Translations under genes and position numbers: made by a program | Shown: positions 36,769-51,023 of the stretch, one piece after another | How positions within the stretch are numbered: the stretch's first letter is position 1 | Layout of the letters: each line of letters starts with the position of its first letter | Source: Octopus sinensis | Lineage: Eukaryota | NCBI RefSeq assembly: GCF_006345805.1 | Contig: NW_021834602.1 | Coordinates: forward strand, 2,692 to 66,691 | Length of the DNA stretch: 64,000 nucleotides | Direction: 5' to 3' | Notes under the pieces: model-generated | Seen by the model: only the letters and a program-made list of their open reading frames with translations | Database searches by the model: none | What the model was told of the DNA's origin: nothing

Positions 36769-36801
<33 letters not shown>

Positions 36802-36904
36802 TATATACTTTGATACTTTGATAGGTTTCGGCCATTATTGGCCCAGGCCATGTCTAACTTAATAGCACCACTTAATATACACAGACACACACACACACAC
36901 ACAC

Positions 36905-37122
36905 ACGAGGGGCTGCTAAATAGTTCTTAGCTTTGTGATTAAAGAAAATACAGGAGCATACGTTAATTATGATTTTAATCAACATATTCCCCTCTCAGAA
37001 TCATACACTTATTGCAGCAGTCTTTCACTTTTTTTATAAGTTCTGTAAGAGAATTTGGAAGATTGGGCCTCTAACCAGGCATTTCGCGACACCCTTAGTG
37101 CTAAGAATTTTTCAGCACCTCT
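36905..37122. mobile_element. Mariner-type MITE
   Basis: Degenerate inverted ends gaggggctgctaaatagttcttagc / gctaagaatttttcagcacctc. Confidence 0.5.
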
Positions 37123-37135
37123 TCCAATCTATATC

Positions 37136-37202
<67 letters not shown>

Positions 37203-37229
37203 CTCTCTCTCTCTCTATCCATATATATA

Positions 37230-37274
<45 letters not shown>

Positions 37275-37301
37275 GTATATAGATAGATAGATAGATAGAT
37301 G

Positions 37302-37378
<77 letters not shown>

Positions 37379-37995
37379 ACACGTTTAGAAATGTCCGCTT
37401 CGTTCCATTTATTTCCTGTTGGTTTGCGACAAAGTAAAAGAGAAAATACTGAAACCAGAGTTGCCGCCAAACGATTAGTCTGCCCTTTCCCGAGGCGAGC
37501 ATGATTTCTTGAAGTGATACCCTAATTAGATTTGATTATTCAAAAAGCATATACCACCGGCCTCTCTCAATTATTTCTTGTAGTTCATTCTCATTTCATT
37601 TATGCAAATTAGCTATGCAATACATAAATAAATATTCTACGCTTTTTTGTATATGTCATTTTCTATAGCCTCGGGTTGGCTCATATACTGTGAGTAAAAC
37701 TGGGTAGATGAAACTCTGCAAAATTTTACCCACCCCGTTGGCAGAATGTATCAGACCAGTCATGTTATGCAATATCTCACAGTCTTTATACTGAGAATAA
37801 AAGTATATTCGTCTATGGAATACTCGATTACATATGAGCTAATATACATAAAATGTAATTCAAGCGATCGTACATCTGTATAATCATCGTCGAAACCAAC
37901 CGAGATTCATTTGCTTTATAAATATACACAACAAATTCCTAGAAATAATATATATATAGATATTATACATATATACATACATATATATATATTAC

Positions 37996-38038
<43 letters not shown>

Positions 38039-38774
38039 ATAATACATATAAATAATAATATAAATAAATATATATATATATATATATAATATATATATAT
38101 ATATATCTATATATATATATAATATATATATCTCTCACAAGTGTATATATATATAAATACGCATATATAGATATGTATGATAAATATATGTATGTACATG
38201 TACGTACATAAATATATGTTTGTACATATACATGTGCGTGTATGTGTGCATATATGTCTGTACGTGGTTATAAATATGGCGTCGAACTACAGCCATCACG
38301 CTGTCTTCAGTTGTGTTTTATAGCCAACACTTTGCTTTCTATATAAGATACCCTATGGCTAACAGTCTTCACGCAGCTGACGATCAAACAACATATTTCC
38401 CACAGTCTACACACGAGCGCGCACGCGCGCGCATACATGCAGATACATAACCACACACACACACACGCACACGTGCTAGCACATATACGTGTATGCAGGA
38501 TTGTGTATACCTGTGTGTGTATAAGGAGTTAGACAGATACATATATACAAGCATACGCCCGTACATACACACACACACACACATATATATATGTATGTAT
38601 ATATATATATATATATACTCTTCATTACTATATATGTAGTACTATATATATTTCCTTAGTAAGCATCATCAATCTTCACTGTCTTCATATACCCATACAT
38701 GCATATGAACATAGATACACACACACATACACACAGACACATACATACATATATATATGTATATATATGCATAG

Positions 38775-38812
<38 letters not shown>

Positions 38813-39273
38813 TACATACATATATATATTTAGCCACACGTTAAACTACTGACTCACACAGTGACGCAAACACACAGATATATACTTACAGACTTAAACA
38901 AACTCACTCACATGCACAACTACAAGCACACACACACACACACACACGCACACACGCACACACACGCACACACACACACGCACACACACACACTACTCTA
39001 TGAAATGAAATGATATTTATGAGTTAGATATTTTTGTCATTTATATATTTAGCTATATATTATTATTATCATTATTACAGTTTTTTAAAGTTTTTAATTA
39101 TCTCTCTTAGTTTCTGATTAATTGATTTAGAAAAGTTTTAACTACAACGAAGAAGATGAGGAGCCACTCGGCTACAAAATACTAACGACATCTTTCTCCT
39201 AATCACACATCATGGATAGATGGATCTCTGTCGTGCAACGATGAGGATTCAGTTGTTTGATAAACTGAATTAC

Positions 39274-39418
39274 CTGCTCCTGAATTAACGTGTAAGAGGC
39301 TGAGTATTCTTTAAATAATTCTCGGACATAATCAGCTTGACACAGGAATGCACTTTTGAATAATGGGATTCTGTGATGTTTCCATTTATTTAAGTTAACT
39401 CTCAAGGCATTGCAGAAC
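39274..39418 (-). CDS. Candidate internal coding exon (145 nt), unknown product
   Basis: Acceptor ttctatagccttag|G and donor CAG|gtaatt. Open frame FCNALRVNLNKWKHHRIPLFKSAFLCQADYVRELFKEYSASYTLIQEQ. Confidence 0.4.
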
Positions 39419-39650
39419 CTAAGGCTATAGAAATTGATGTTTGCCCAGGATATCACGCAAATAAATTGAACTCCGACCTCGTGGTAGCGAAATCAACATT
39501 TTAAGCAGTTGGTCACACTACGCCTTGGACATCACCTGGCATATTGGCTTCAAATATCAGCACAATGCCAGCAATTTCGGAGGAGGGCGGAAGTCGATTT
39601 ATTCCCACTCCTCTTTCATCATACTTAACTTTTATTTATTTTATCGACAC

Positions 39651-40090
39651 AGGCGTAGGAGTGGCTGTGTAGGCGTAGGAGTGACTGTGTGGTAAGTAGC
39701 TTGCTTACCAACCACATGGTTCTGGGTTCAGTCCCACTGCGTGGCACCTTGTGCAAGTGTCTTCTACTATAGCCTCGGGCCGACCAAAGCTTTGTGAGTG
39801 GATTTGGTAGACGGAAACTGAAAAGAAGCCGGTCGGATATATGTATATATATGTGTGTATGTGTGTGTGTGTGTGGTGTATATGTTTGTGTGTCTGTGTT
39901 TGTCCCCTCAACATCGCTTGACAACCGACGCTGGTGTGTTTACGTCCCCGTAATTTAGCGGTACGGCAAAAGAGACCGATAGAATAAGTACTAGGCTTAC
40001 AAAGAATAAGTCCTGGAATCGATTTGCTCGACTAAAGGCGATGCTCCAGCATGGCCACAGTTACATGACTGAAAGAAATAAAGAGTACAG
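39651..40090 (+). mobile_element. SINE family A, full length
   Basis: A box tggctgtgtgg, B box ggttcagtccc, internal (TA)/(TG) tract, aagagta tail. Confidence 0.9.
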
Positions 40091-40204
40091 GAAGTATGAA
40101 ACATAAAGTCAAGCTAGGCAAAATTTGAACTCATAACCTAAAGACGGAGGAAATACCGCTAAGCATTTTGTCCAGCATAGAAACGAATATGACAATTTGG
40201 TGAC

Positions 40205-40500
40205 AATTTCAGAGGGCGTAAGTCACTTACCCCCATTCTCTACCCAGTAGTCAACTGGCACTTATTCTTATTTCTTTATTGCTCACAAGGGGCTAAACAT
40301 AGAGGGGACAAGCAAGGACAGACAAAAGGATTAAGTCGATTACATCGACCCCAGTACGTAACTGGTACTTAATTTATCGACCCCGAAAAATGAAAGGCAA
40401 AGTCGACCTCGGCGGAATTTGAACCCAGAACGTAACGGCAGACGAAATACCGCTAAGCATTTCGCCCGGCGTGCTAACGTTTCTGCCAGCTCGCCGCCAG
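40205..40500 (-). mobile_element. SINE family B
   Basis: Reverse complement ggcggcgagctggcagaaacgttagc...gggttcaaattccgccgaggtcgactttgcc. Confidence 0.8.
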
Positions 40501-40519
40501 TACCTAACTGGCACTTATT

Positions 40520-40941
40520 CTATCTCTTTACTCTTTTACTCTTTTACTTGTTTCAGTCATTTGACTGCGGCCATGCTGGGGCACCGCCTTTAGTCGAGCA
40601 AATCGACCCCAGGGCTTATTTTTTGTAAGCCTAGTACTTATTCTATGGGTTTCTTCTGCCGAACCGCCACGTTACGGGGACATAAACACACCAGCACCGG
40701 TTGTCAAGCGATGTTGGGGGACAAGCACAGGCACACAAAGATATACACATACACATACATACATATATATATATATACGGCGGGCTTCTTTCAGTTTCTG
40801 TCTACCAAATCCTCTCACAAGATTTTGGTCGGCCCGAGGCTACAGTAGAATACAGTTGCCCAAGGTTCCACGCAGTGGGAATGAACCCAGAACCATGTGG
40901 TTTGTAAGCAAGCTACTTATCACACAACCACTCCTGCGCCT
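40520..40941 (-). mobile_element. SINE family A
   Basis: Sequence match to the other copies. Confidence 0.85.
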
Positions 40942-41262
40942 ACCGACTCCCATCGACCCAGAAATTATGAAAACTAAAGTCAAACTTGGTGGAATTTGAA
41001 CTCATCATGTAAATATGAACAAAATGTACCTAAGCAATTTATCCACGCCGTACTAACGATTCTGCCAGCTCGCCGCCTTAACACAATCTTACATATTAAA
41101 AATAATGAAGTATACATCTGATAATATCATGCTAAATACACATAAAAATACGGTATATCACGAGCAAAACTCCTTTAATCATAAACCTGCTCAATCACAG
41201 TCGACTTCTGATTAAGCAACCACAACAATAAAATAGCACAAAAACAATTACAAAACAATATA

Positions 41263-41562
41263 CAGTAATCCCTCTGCTATCGCGGGTGTTACGTTCCAAA
41301 ACACCCCGCGATAGGTGGAAATTCGCGAAGTAGAAACAGTACTCTACTGTAATTTTTTTAATACTATTTGTATATATCTCGTTTTGGGATTTGGTATGCA
41401 AGATTCTTCATGTGAGCTCGTGTGTTGAAGCTTATTTTGTTGTGTCTGAGAAGAGTCATTCTCTTATAGTGCCTTATTATTTAACATATGTGTATAGATA
41501 TGTAAGTGCGTACGTTTGATGTATGTATTCTGCATATTCATATTTTTGTGTGTTTATGTGTT

Positions 41563-41605
<43 letters not shown>

Positions 41606-42063
41606 CTTTATCTCCTTGTGTATGCATGTCTGAGTGTGTGTGTGTATAGGTTTTTGTGACTATGTACAGTGTTATTATGGATAGATGTGTGTCTCCATAT
41701 TTGTCCTTGAGTGAAGTGAAGCGTGTGTGTATATGGGCATGTGTTTCAGTCTTCATTTGCGTGTGTGTGTGCTTGACTGTTCATATTGCCTATGTACCTA
41801 TCCGTCTGTATGTCTATCTGTTTACTTTCACATCCATTTGCCTGCTTACATGTGCATATACATATACGTATACAAACACACACACACACACACACATTCT
41901 ACTAGTATATAAATATAAACTGAGGATATGTGGATATGATTACCTACTACGTATATTTCCTATTTAGTACTGGGGCTGTTGCAAAACAACAATACGTGGT
42001 AATCGACGTAAGCTTAAATAATAAACCGCGATAAGTGAAACGCGATATGGTGAGAGATTACTG
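41263..42063. mobile_element. Tigger/pogo-like MITE with microsatellite-filled interior
   Basis: Ends cagtaatccctc and gagagattactg, with subterminal ccgcgata motifs. A similar right end occurs near 54690-54725. Confidence 0.5.
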
Positions 42064-42954
42064 CAATTGAAGTGAACACACTATCTGCAGCTCCTATTCA
42101 TATTATCTGATGCAGTACTGTATATTTAAACGGTGTCTGGGAAATATAGGCCGGTTTCAACCTTAGTTCTGTAAATTTTCAACTGACCCATTCGTTGATA
42201 AAGGGAATTTGGTCCTCATCGTTAAAGCAATGCTTCTCGAACCCCTATAACTGTCCTTTTCTCCGACCCGTTTTTTCTTTCACTATCACGTTTTCAATGA
42301 CTCCTTGCTATTCGTCAACAAAATTAAATACACGTCAAAAATGGCTGCCGACAGGTTTATCGCTATTAAAAGCCACTTGACTGCGACCATGCTGGGGCAC
42401 AGTACTGAAGGTTTAATCGAACGCGTCAACTCCAATACTTGCCTGATTTTTACTCAGTCTGTCGCTTTTGCCGAACCGTTAGATTATGGGGACGTAAACA
42501 AACCAACAGCGATGTCAAGCGTTGAATGGAGACAAACACCGTCACACATATGTCTGTGCATGTGTGTGCGTTTGTGTGTATGTACAACTTTCAGTTTCCT
42601 TCTACTAAATCCACCCACAAAGATTTGGAGGGCTTGGGGTTATAATAGAAGACATTTGCCCAAACTGCCACGCAGTGGGAGTGAACTTGGAAACAAACAT
42701 AATATGTAATATCAAAACAACATTTCAACCAGAAAAATTACCTGGTGGTTTGCATGCTGAATGGAAATTGAAAATATTTTTTCACAATTAAGGCAATTAA
42801 AAGACGCTTGTATTACATTCGAACACCCACTTTGCCCCCAGGTACGCAACAATATTTCTATCGCCCACGTTTTGAATCGCTGCATTGAAAATATCGCCAC
42901 GCAATAGATTTCTGCTAAATATATATATGTGTGTGTGTGTTCGATTTTTGTTTA

Positions 42955-43020
<66 letters not shown>

Positions 43021-43174
43021 CATATATACATATATATGTATGCATACATATATATATATATATAATTAATCCCAAAAAGAAACGAAGAAAAAACAAGAAA
43101 ACGACTCGTGGACGTAAACAGACGCTCAGGGAAGAAAAGTAATGTGTGTGTGTGTGTGTGTATGTGTGTGTATG

Positions 43175-43209
<35 letters not shown>

Positions 43210-43318
43210 CTGTGCATACATATACAAACGTAGGTATATATATATATAGATAGAAAGATATAATAGATAAGCACAAACATATCTGTATAAGTATGTCTAT
43301 AGATATGTGTGTGTGTGC

Positions 43319-43372
<54 letters not shown>

Positions 43373-44279
43373 GCATGTATGAATGTATGTATGTATGTAT
43401 GTATGTATGTATGTATGTATGTGTAGGAGCATGGATGTATATGAGCCTGTATAGATGTATACGTGTATTAAAATATCTACATATATGATATATTGGTAAT
43501 CTTTTGAAAGACGGAATAAAAGGGACACGTATGCAAGTACAGAATCGTGACATGCCTAGATGCACGACTACCACGCCACGCACGAATAACAAACAAGTAG
43601 ACTTACACGCGCACACGCTTACACACAAGCGTGTACATGCGCGCTCTCACAGACACTCAGTCTGCGCGTATTGACATTGTTTAAACTTGATAAAAACAAA
43701 TCTCAAGCCTTAACAAAAATCATTTACACCCACACAATCGCACTCAACGTTCTGTCTCATATATGTCTTAGAAAGTATAATTTCTTCTACATTGAGCACA
43801 AGGCCTGAAACTTGGTGGGAAGCCGCTAGTCGATCACATCGATTCCAAGTGCTTGACTGGTAATTATTATTTATCGGCCCCGAAAGGATAAAAAGCAAAG
43901 TCGATCTGAACTCAGAACGTAAAGAGCCGGAAGAAAAAGCCGCTAAGCATTTTATCCGACGTGCTAACGGTTCTGCCACCTCACTTCCTTAGAAATAATA
44001 ATAATCATAATTCTTAATACTGAAGGTACAAGGCCTGACATTTTGGGGAAGAGGCTAAGTCGATTTCATCGACCCCAGTATTCCGAAAGGATGAAAGGTG
44101 CAGTCGTCCTCGGCCGGATTTGAAATCAGAACGTAAAGACGGACGAAATGCCAGTTAGCATGTTGCTCGGTGTGTTGATGATTCTGCCAGGTCTTCGCCT
44201 GATAACAACAACAACAACAACAATAATAATAATACTTATAATGATAATAATGATAATAATAATAATAATAATAATAATA

Positions 44280-44324
<45 letters not shown>

Positions 44325-45470
44325 GGATGCTAAAATTTGTTGAAAAATATGAAAGACCGAAAAGGGTGCTAAAAGTTGTTGAAAAACATGAAAGACCGAA
44401 AAAACTTCACTCTATTCTGAAAGAGAGCAAAAAATTCGCTTCTGATCTCTTAGATGCCTACCAGATTGATCAGGTTGAAGGAAATGCGCCAACTGCTGCT
44501 GCAAAGAAAATAAAATTAATTGCAAAGACAAAAGCACATGAAAAATTAGCTAGCAGATGGGAACAAAACCTCTCCATGGCAAGTATGTGGCCCGTAGCAA
44601 ACAAGCTGATGTCGACCAGAAACACACGCACCAATGTTTATGAAGCTCAGGGCTAAAAGCAGAGAATGAAAGTTTCATATTTGCTGCCCAAGGCCAAAGC
44701 TTATTAACCCGGAACTACCAAGCCAATTTGTTAAAAAATGGAGCTGACCCAAAATGCCGTTTCTGTAACGATGAGATTGGAACTATAGACCACCTAATCT
44801 CAGGATGTAGAGTCTTAGCACCTGTAGAATATAAAGCAAGACAAGACAGAGTCGACCAGTATTTACACTGGACAATATGTCGGCATTATAAAATCAAAAC
44901 CGCTGACAAATGGTATAAACACCATCCTGAAGCTGTGATTGAGGGAGAAAATGTATCGATTCTCTGGGACTTCCCCGTACATACCGACAAAACTATAAAA
45001 GCTAATAAACCGGATATTATTATAAAAAATCAGACAAAAAAAGGTGTCTTTATTAATTGATATGAGTATTCCTTGCGATCACAATATAGCGGCGAAAGAA
45101 ATATAAAGACTTGCTAATAGAAATTGAAAATATGTGACATCTGAAGGCGACTACAGTACCAGTGATTGTAGGATCTCTAGGAATGATAAAAAAAAGGTAC
45201 TGAAATCTATTTGAAAATGATACCAGGCTTACCATCCCTACAGGAAGTGCAAAAAATCGTGTTAACTGAAACGGCTCATGTACTGAGAAGAGCATTATCG
45301 CTGTGAAAACAACATCCATTCAGGAATTTATTCATTTATTTTTTTAAATACATATTTTACCTGTGAATTTGCATGTGTAATCTGGGAATGCGTACAATGA
45401 GCTTCTCTGCCCTAGGTGTATGGAAAACACTCGGCGAGAAATGGAAGAAAATTTGAAGAAGGAAAAATAA
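44325..45470 (+). mobile_element. R4/Dong-like RLE non-LTR retrotransposon, 5'-truncated
   Basis: CCHC motif (CRFC...DHLISGC), then ILWDF...KANKPDIII...LIDMSIP (PD-D/ExK restriction-like endonuclease) and PVIVGSLG. Stop at 45304-45306. (TAA)n on both sides. Confidence 0.85.
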
Positions 45471-45498
45471 TAATGATAATAATAATAATAATAATAAT

Positions 45499-45865
45499 AA
45501 CTCATTGAAATTGAGAAAATGTGGCATCTCAAGGCGGTTACAATACCAGTGATCGTAGGAGCACTAGGAATGATCAAGAAGGGAACCGAAAATTATATGA
45601 GAATGATCCCTGGCTTACCATCCCTGCAAGAAGTGCAAAAGATTGTCTTAACTGGTACATCACACGTATTGAGAAGAGCATTGTCGATGTGAGAACTGTT
45701 GCTGCTCATGTATTTTAATTTAACTTAAAAATTTTTTTTTTTTAAATGAACGAACTATTGAGTTTGGTTTAATGGCCTACCAATGTATACTATAAGTTTC
45801 TTTGCCCTAGGAGTCGGGAAGACACGCGGCAAGAAATGGAAGCAAATTTGAAAGAAGAAAAAAAT
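45499..45865 (+). mobile_element. Second, shorter Dong-like 3' end
   Basis: LIEIEKMWHLKAVTIPVIVGALG...RRALS and a similar 3' UTR end followed by (TAA)n. Confidence 0.8.
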
Positions 45866-46386
45866 AATAATAATAATAATAATTTCTTCCGAATAATAGC
45901 TGCAGCATCATCAATAACAAGTGCAGAAGTACTAGAACGAGAAGAAGCACGAACAGGAGGAAAAGGGTGAGCAAGAAGGAGAGTAAGAACAACGGTGAAC
46001 ATAAGACAAGGAGATGGTCCGTCGATACCGAAAAGAAAAGAAGGGAGAAAATTGTGTCGTACGTAATTACAGAAGATTCATACGATGTTATTTGGTTAAA
46101 CGTAGTGACGTCAGAATTAATTAGTAACGGAGGCCATATTGGATTAACTTCAGACCATTAACAGGGAATCTTGAAGCAATGCACAAACAAGAACGTGTGC
46201 GCGCACACACACACACGCACAAATACAAATACAGGCGCGCATATACACTCGTAAGAAACCAAATAAACGTACACATGCCCAAATATACACACATTCACAC
46301 GTATGAAATTCACAGAAATTGTAAAACAAAATATTACACACTAATAGACCAGACATACATCTTAACCATGATATACATGTGTGTGC

Positions 46387-46418
<32 letters not shown>

Positions 46419-46423
46419 GTATA

Positions 46424-46456
<33 letters not shown>

Positions 46457-46499
46457 CTGTATGTATATGCATATATATATATATATTATATGTGTTCTT

Positions 46500-46847
46500 T
46501 TCTTTTATTTGTCATTTAACTGCGGTCATGCTGGAGCACCGCCTTTAGTCGAATAAATTGACCCCAAGACTTATTCTTTGTAAGACTAGTACTTCTTCGA
46601 TTGGCGTCTTTTGCCGAACTGCTAAGTTACAGGAACGCAAACACACCGACATTGGTTGTCAAGTGATTGTGGATGGACAAATGCAAACACATAAATACAT
46701 ACATACATACATACATACATACATACATACATACATACATACGTACGTACATACATACATACATACATACATACATACTTACATACATACTTACATACAT
46801 GCATACATACATACGTACATACGTACATACATACATACATACATACA

Positions 46848-46881
<34 letters not shown>

Positions 46882-47316
46882 GATACATACATATTCTTTT
46901 ATTCTTTTAACTGTTTCAATCGTTCGATTGCAGCCTTGCTGGGGCACCACCTTAAGGTGTTTTAGTCAAACAAATCGACTCCAGGACGTATTCTTTGTAA
47001 ACCTAGTACTTATTCTAACGGTCTCTTGTGCAGAGCCGCTAGTTACGTGAACGGAAACACACCAACATCTGTTGTGAAGCGATGCTGGTGGTGGTGGAGA
47101 CAAGTACAGACTCGGACACACAACTACACACACACACACATAAATATATATATATATATATATACGACGAGCTTCATTCAGTTTCCGTCTACTTACAGGG
47201 CTTTGGTCAGCTCGAGGCTATAGTAGAAGAGACTTGCCCAAGGAGTCAAGCAGTGAGACTGAACCCAGAACCATGTGATTGGGAAGCAAGTTTCTTACCA
47301 CGCAGCCACGCCTGCG
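46500..47316 (-). mobile_element. SINE family A plus an extra 3' half joined through (TACA)n
   Basis: Tail and body at 46500-46695 and again at 46895-47130. Head at ~47316. Confidence 0.8.
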
Positions 47317-47376
47317 CATATACACACACAGAGAGACACACACACATAGATAGATCGATCGATCGATCGATAGATG

Positions 47377-47464
<88 letters not shown>

Positions 47465-47514
47465 TTTAGATGGATGGATGGATACATACATACATACATA
47501 CATACATACATACA

Positions 47515-47550
<36 letters not shown>

Positions 47551-48129
47551 TGCATGCATATATGCCTATGTATATGATAGACCTGCTGCATCCAGTCGTG
47601 GGTCTCTGGTTTAGGAGTTCCATGATTTTGAGATGTTTGGAACCACCTCTTATCTACCATTACCCACAAGCTCTTCTGTGACCTTGCGTCGTACCACCTG
47701 GCAGCGTCCCAGCCATGGGTTAAATAATATACGAGCAGTTTGGTATCCGAGGGCGCTGCAAGCTCATCGTTAGTGAAGGTCACCTGGACGTTTTCAAGAC
47801 ATCCATCTAGGAGAAAGCTAACTCGTATATAAAACCCGTTGCTCAACCGAACAGGATATCTTACACTTTGCTTATCTTTAGGCTTCTTGTCATTTTGTGT
47901 GAGAATCGTTGTGCAAGCTGCACTCGACCTGCAACCTTTTCGTCAGTACTGTTGACATTTACCTGCAAGTGTTGATTATGCTCAGGGGTCCTGAACCATT
48001 TTTGACCTATGGACGCTTTTGATTCCTCTTTTCCTCGGATGGACTCCCATAGCAATTCGATGTTTAAAAACACCTATTGTATTTTTATAGTTAAATATTT
48101 TTTAGGAATTACTCTTGTTAACCTTTTAC

Positions 48130-48517
48130 TAGGTTTCAGTCATCTGATAGCGGCCATGCTGGAGCGCCGCCTTTAGTCGAATAAATCGATTCCAGGAATT
48201 ATACTTTGTAAGTCCACTACTTATTCAATCGTTCCCTTTTTCCGAACTGCTAAGTAACGGGGACGTAAACATACCAACATCACATCGGTTGTCAAACAAT
48301 GGTAGGCGGACAAACACAGACACACAAATATATATATATATATATATACATATACGACGGACTTCTTTCAGTTTCCCTCTACCAAATCCACTCAAAAGGC
48401 TTTGGTCGGCCCGGGGCTATAGTAGAAGACACTTGCTCAAGGTGCCACGCAGAGGTAATGAACCCGGAATCATGTGGCTGGTAAGCAAACTACTTACCAC
48501 ACACCCACTCTTGCGCT
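48130..48517 (-). mobile_element. SINE family A
   Basis: Sequence match to the other copies. Confidence 0.85.
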
Positions 48518-48659
48518 TATGAATTGTATAAAAATTAAGGTAGATTGTGTATTCTAGAAGTATAGCCAATTTATTGCACAAACTTTACTGATCTGAAGCA
48601 CAGTTTTTCATGGCCCCTCAAAAGTTACCGTGGATAACCAATTTATTGCCCACACGTGG

Positions 48660-49032
48660 CTAAACATACAAGACGAAGGGATTAAGTCGATTACATCGAC
48701 ACCAGTGTGTAACTAGCAATTATTTAATCGACCTGAAAAGGATGAATGGCAAAGTCGACCTCGGCGGAATTTGAACTCAGAACGTAGCGGCAGACGAAAT
48801 ACCTATTTCTTTACTACCCACAAGGGGCTAAACACAGAGAGGACAAACAAGGACAGATAAGCGGATTAAGTCGATTATATCGACACCAGTGCGTAACTGG
48901 TACTTAATTTATCGAACCCGAAAATATGAAAGGCAAAGTCGATCTCGGCAGAATTTGAACTCAGAACGTGCGGCAGACAAAATATCGCTAAGCATTTCGC
49001 CCGGCATGCTAACGATTCTGCCAGCTCGCCGC
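48660..49032 (-). mobile_element. SINE family B, partial dimer
   Basis: Body repeated, with junction gacgaaatacc|tatttcttta at ~48803. Confidence 0.8.
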
Positions 49033-49319
49033 CCTTCCCCAATTTATCATATTGCATCTGTGGTCCCCACCACTAAAACAAAAATCTTACATGGAGCCCC
49101 ACCCCATCCCACGAGGGTCGATATTGACCCCGGTTGAGAAACCGCTGGTCATGTTCTTCTAACGAGTAGACAGCCATCATGTATATAACCATATACATAG
49201 ATGGTGGAAGTGTGGCAGAATCTATCGAGCGTTGAACAAAATGCATTTTGGTATTTGTTCTGCTTTTTATGTTTCTGAGTTCAATATACGCAAAATTTGC
49301 CTTTCATCATCATAAATAA

Positions 49320-49895
49320 GACCACCACCACCGCCACAACCAAATTTCACAAAAGATGCATGCATTATAACAATCACAGTACGGCCAACCACCCACTTAG
49401 TCGTCCACACCACACTATTAACACTAACACCGCCACTGCCATCAGCACCACCACCACCTCCAACAATACAAATACCACCGTCACCACCACCACCACCACC
49501 ACAGCCAGCACCAACCCAACCGCCACCACCACACCTACCACCAACATCACTACCACCACAACCACCACCACCGCAACCACCACCACCACCATCACCACTA
49601 TAATTATAAGCACAACTATTACGAATACCACCACCTTTAGCAAATTAAAACTACCTCTAACAATACGAACAGATATACAATACCCACCCAACAATATATT
49701 GAAAGACAAAACGCCACCACCACCACCACCACCTTCATCACTGCCAACACCTTCAAAAACTACAACATCAATAACAACAACACAAACAACATCATCAATG
49801 CGATCGATGCTCAAAAGAATAAGAAATATCAAAGGAATATGGTAGGATATATATTTATACATATATTTTACCCAGGGGAATAAGAGTACGTATAT

Positions 49896-49932
<37 letters not shown>

Positions 49933-49964
49933 AGTGGTGGTGGTGGTGGTGGTGGTGGTGGTGT

Positions 49965-49995
<31 letters not shown>

Positions 49996-50156
49996 GGTGA
50001 CGATGATGATGTTGGTGGTGGTGGTGGTGGTGGTGGTGGTGGTGGTGGTGGTGGGTGGTGTGGTGGTGGTGTTGGTGGTGGTGGTGATGATGATGATGAT
50101 GATGGTAGTGGTGGTGGTGGTTTTGGTGGTGGTGATGATGATTATGACGATGACGT

Positions 50157-50193
<37 letters not shown>

Positions 50194-50341
50194 AATGATG
50201 ATGATGATTACGGCGATGATGTTGATGATGATGATGATGATTACGACGTTTACGTTGATGATGTTGAAGATGATGATGACGATGATGATGACGAGACGAC
50301 GGCGGTAATGGCTATGATGGTAGTGACTGTGATGATGTTGT

Positions 50342-50382
<41 letters not shown>

Positions 50383-50410
50383 CTAATTGTTGTGATGGTG
50401 TATATGTTGG

Positions 50411-50460
<50 letters not shown>
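49320..50460. repeat. Degenerate (ACC)n, (GAT)n, (GGT)n and (CT)n tracts
   Basis: Direct inspection. Confidence 0.9.
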
Positions 50461-50467
<7 letters not shown>

Positions 50468-50749
50468 CACACACATACGCACGTTCACATGTACATATAA
50501 TGTTTATATGCATATAGTGTGAGCCCTTATATCCATTACAAATAATGCTGCCAAACGGTTATTGTTATCAAAGTTGGCGGAGATCATATTCTTTTTATCT
50601 GATTGCTTTGCGTGAAATTCCAAGCTGTTCCGAAGTGAACCTTGGACATTTCACAAATATGCATATGTACATATAAGATCCTTTCACCCACGCATATACA
50701 TAGGTACAAAGCGCCCGCATAAAGACTAGTTTTTTTAAGACGAATCACT

Positions 50750-50998
50750 AAGTTACAGGGACATAATCACTCAAACACCGTTGTCAGGTGGTAGGTCGGG
50801 AGCAAACAGACACAATGACACACACACAAGTATATAGTACTGACCATTTCCCAGCTCCCACACCACACACCACCACACCACGTCATACCACACCATAACC
50901 AAGTAGAAGACACTTGCCCAAGGTGCCACGAAGTGAGACTGAACCCGGAACCATGTGGTTGGTAAGCAATACCTACCACACAACCACTCCCGCGCCTA
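50750..50998 (-). mobile_element. SINE family A, internally deleted
   Basis: Sequence match to the other copies. Confidence 0.7.
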
Positions 50999-51023
50999 TA
51001 TGTATGTATATATATATATATAT

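Noticed and set aside
38285-38315. CTGAAGA followed by a 4-bp hairpin on the minus strand
   Set aside because: GAAA is absent.
47575-47850. GC-richer segment with an open frame on the minus strand
   Set aside because: No recognisable domain, splice sites or ribozyme fold; likely an unclassified repeat fragment.
49297-49845. Mucin-like Thr-rich 182-aa ORF
   Set aside because: It is a degenerate (ACC)n tract next to other trinucleotide tracts, with a TTG start and no signal peptide or splice evidence.
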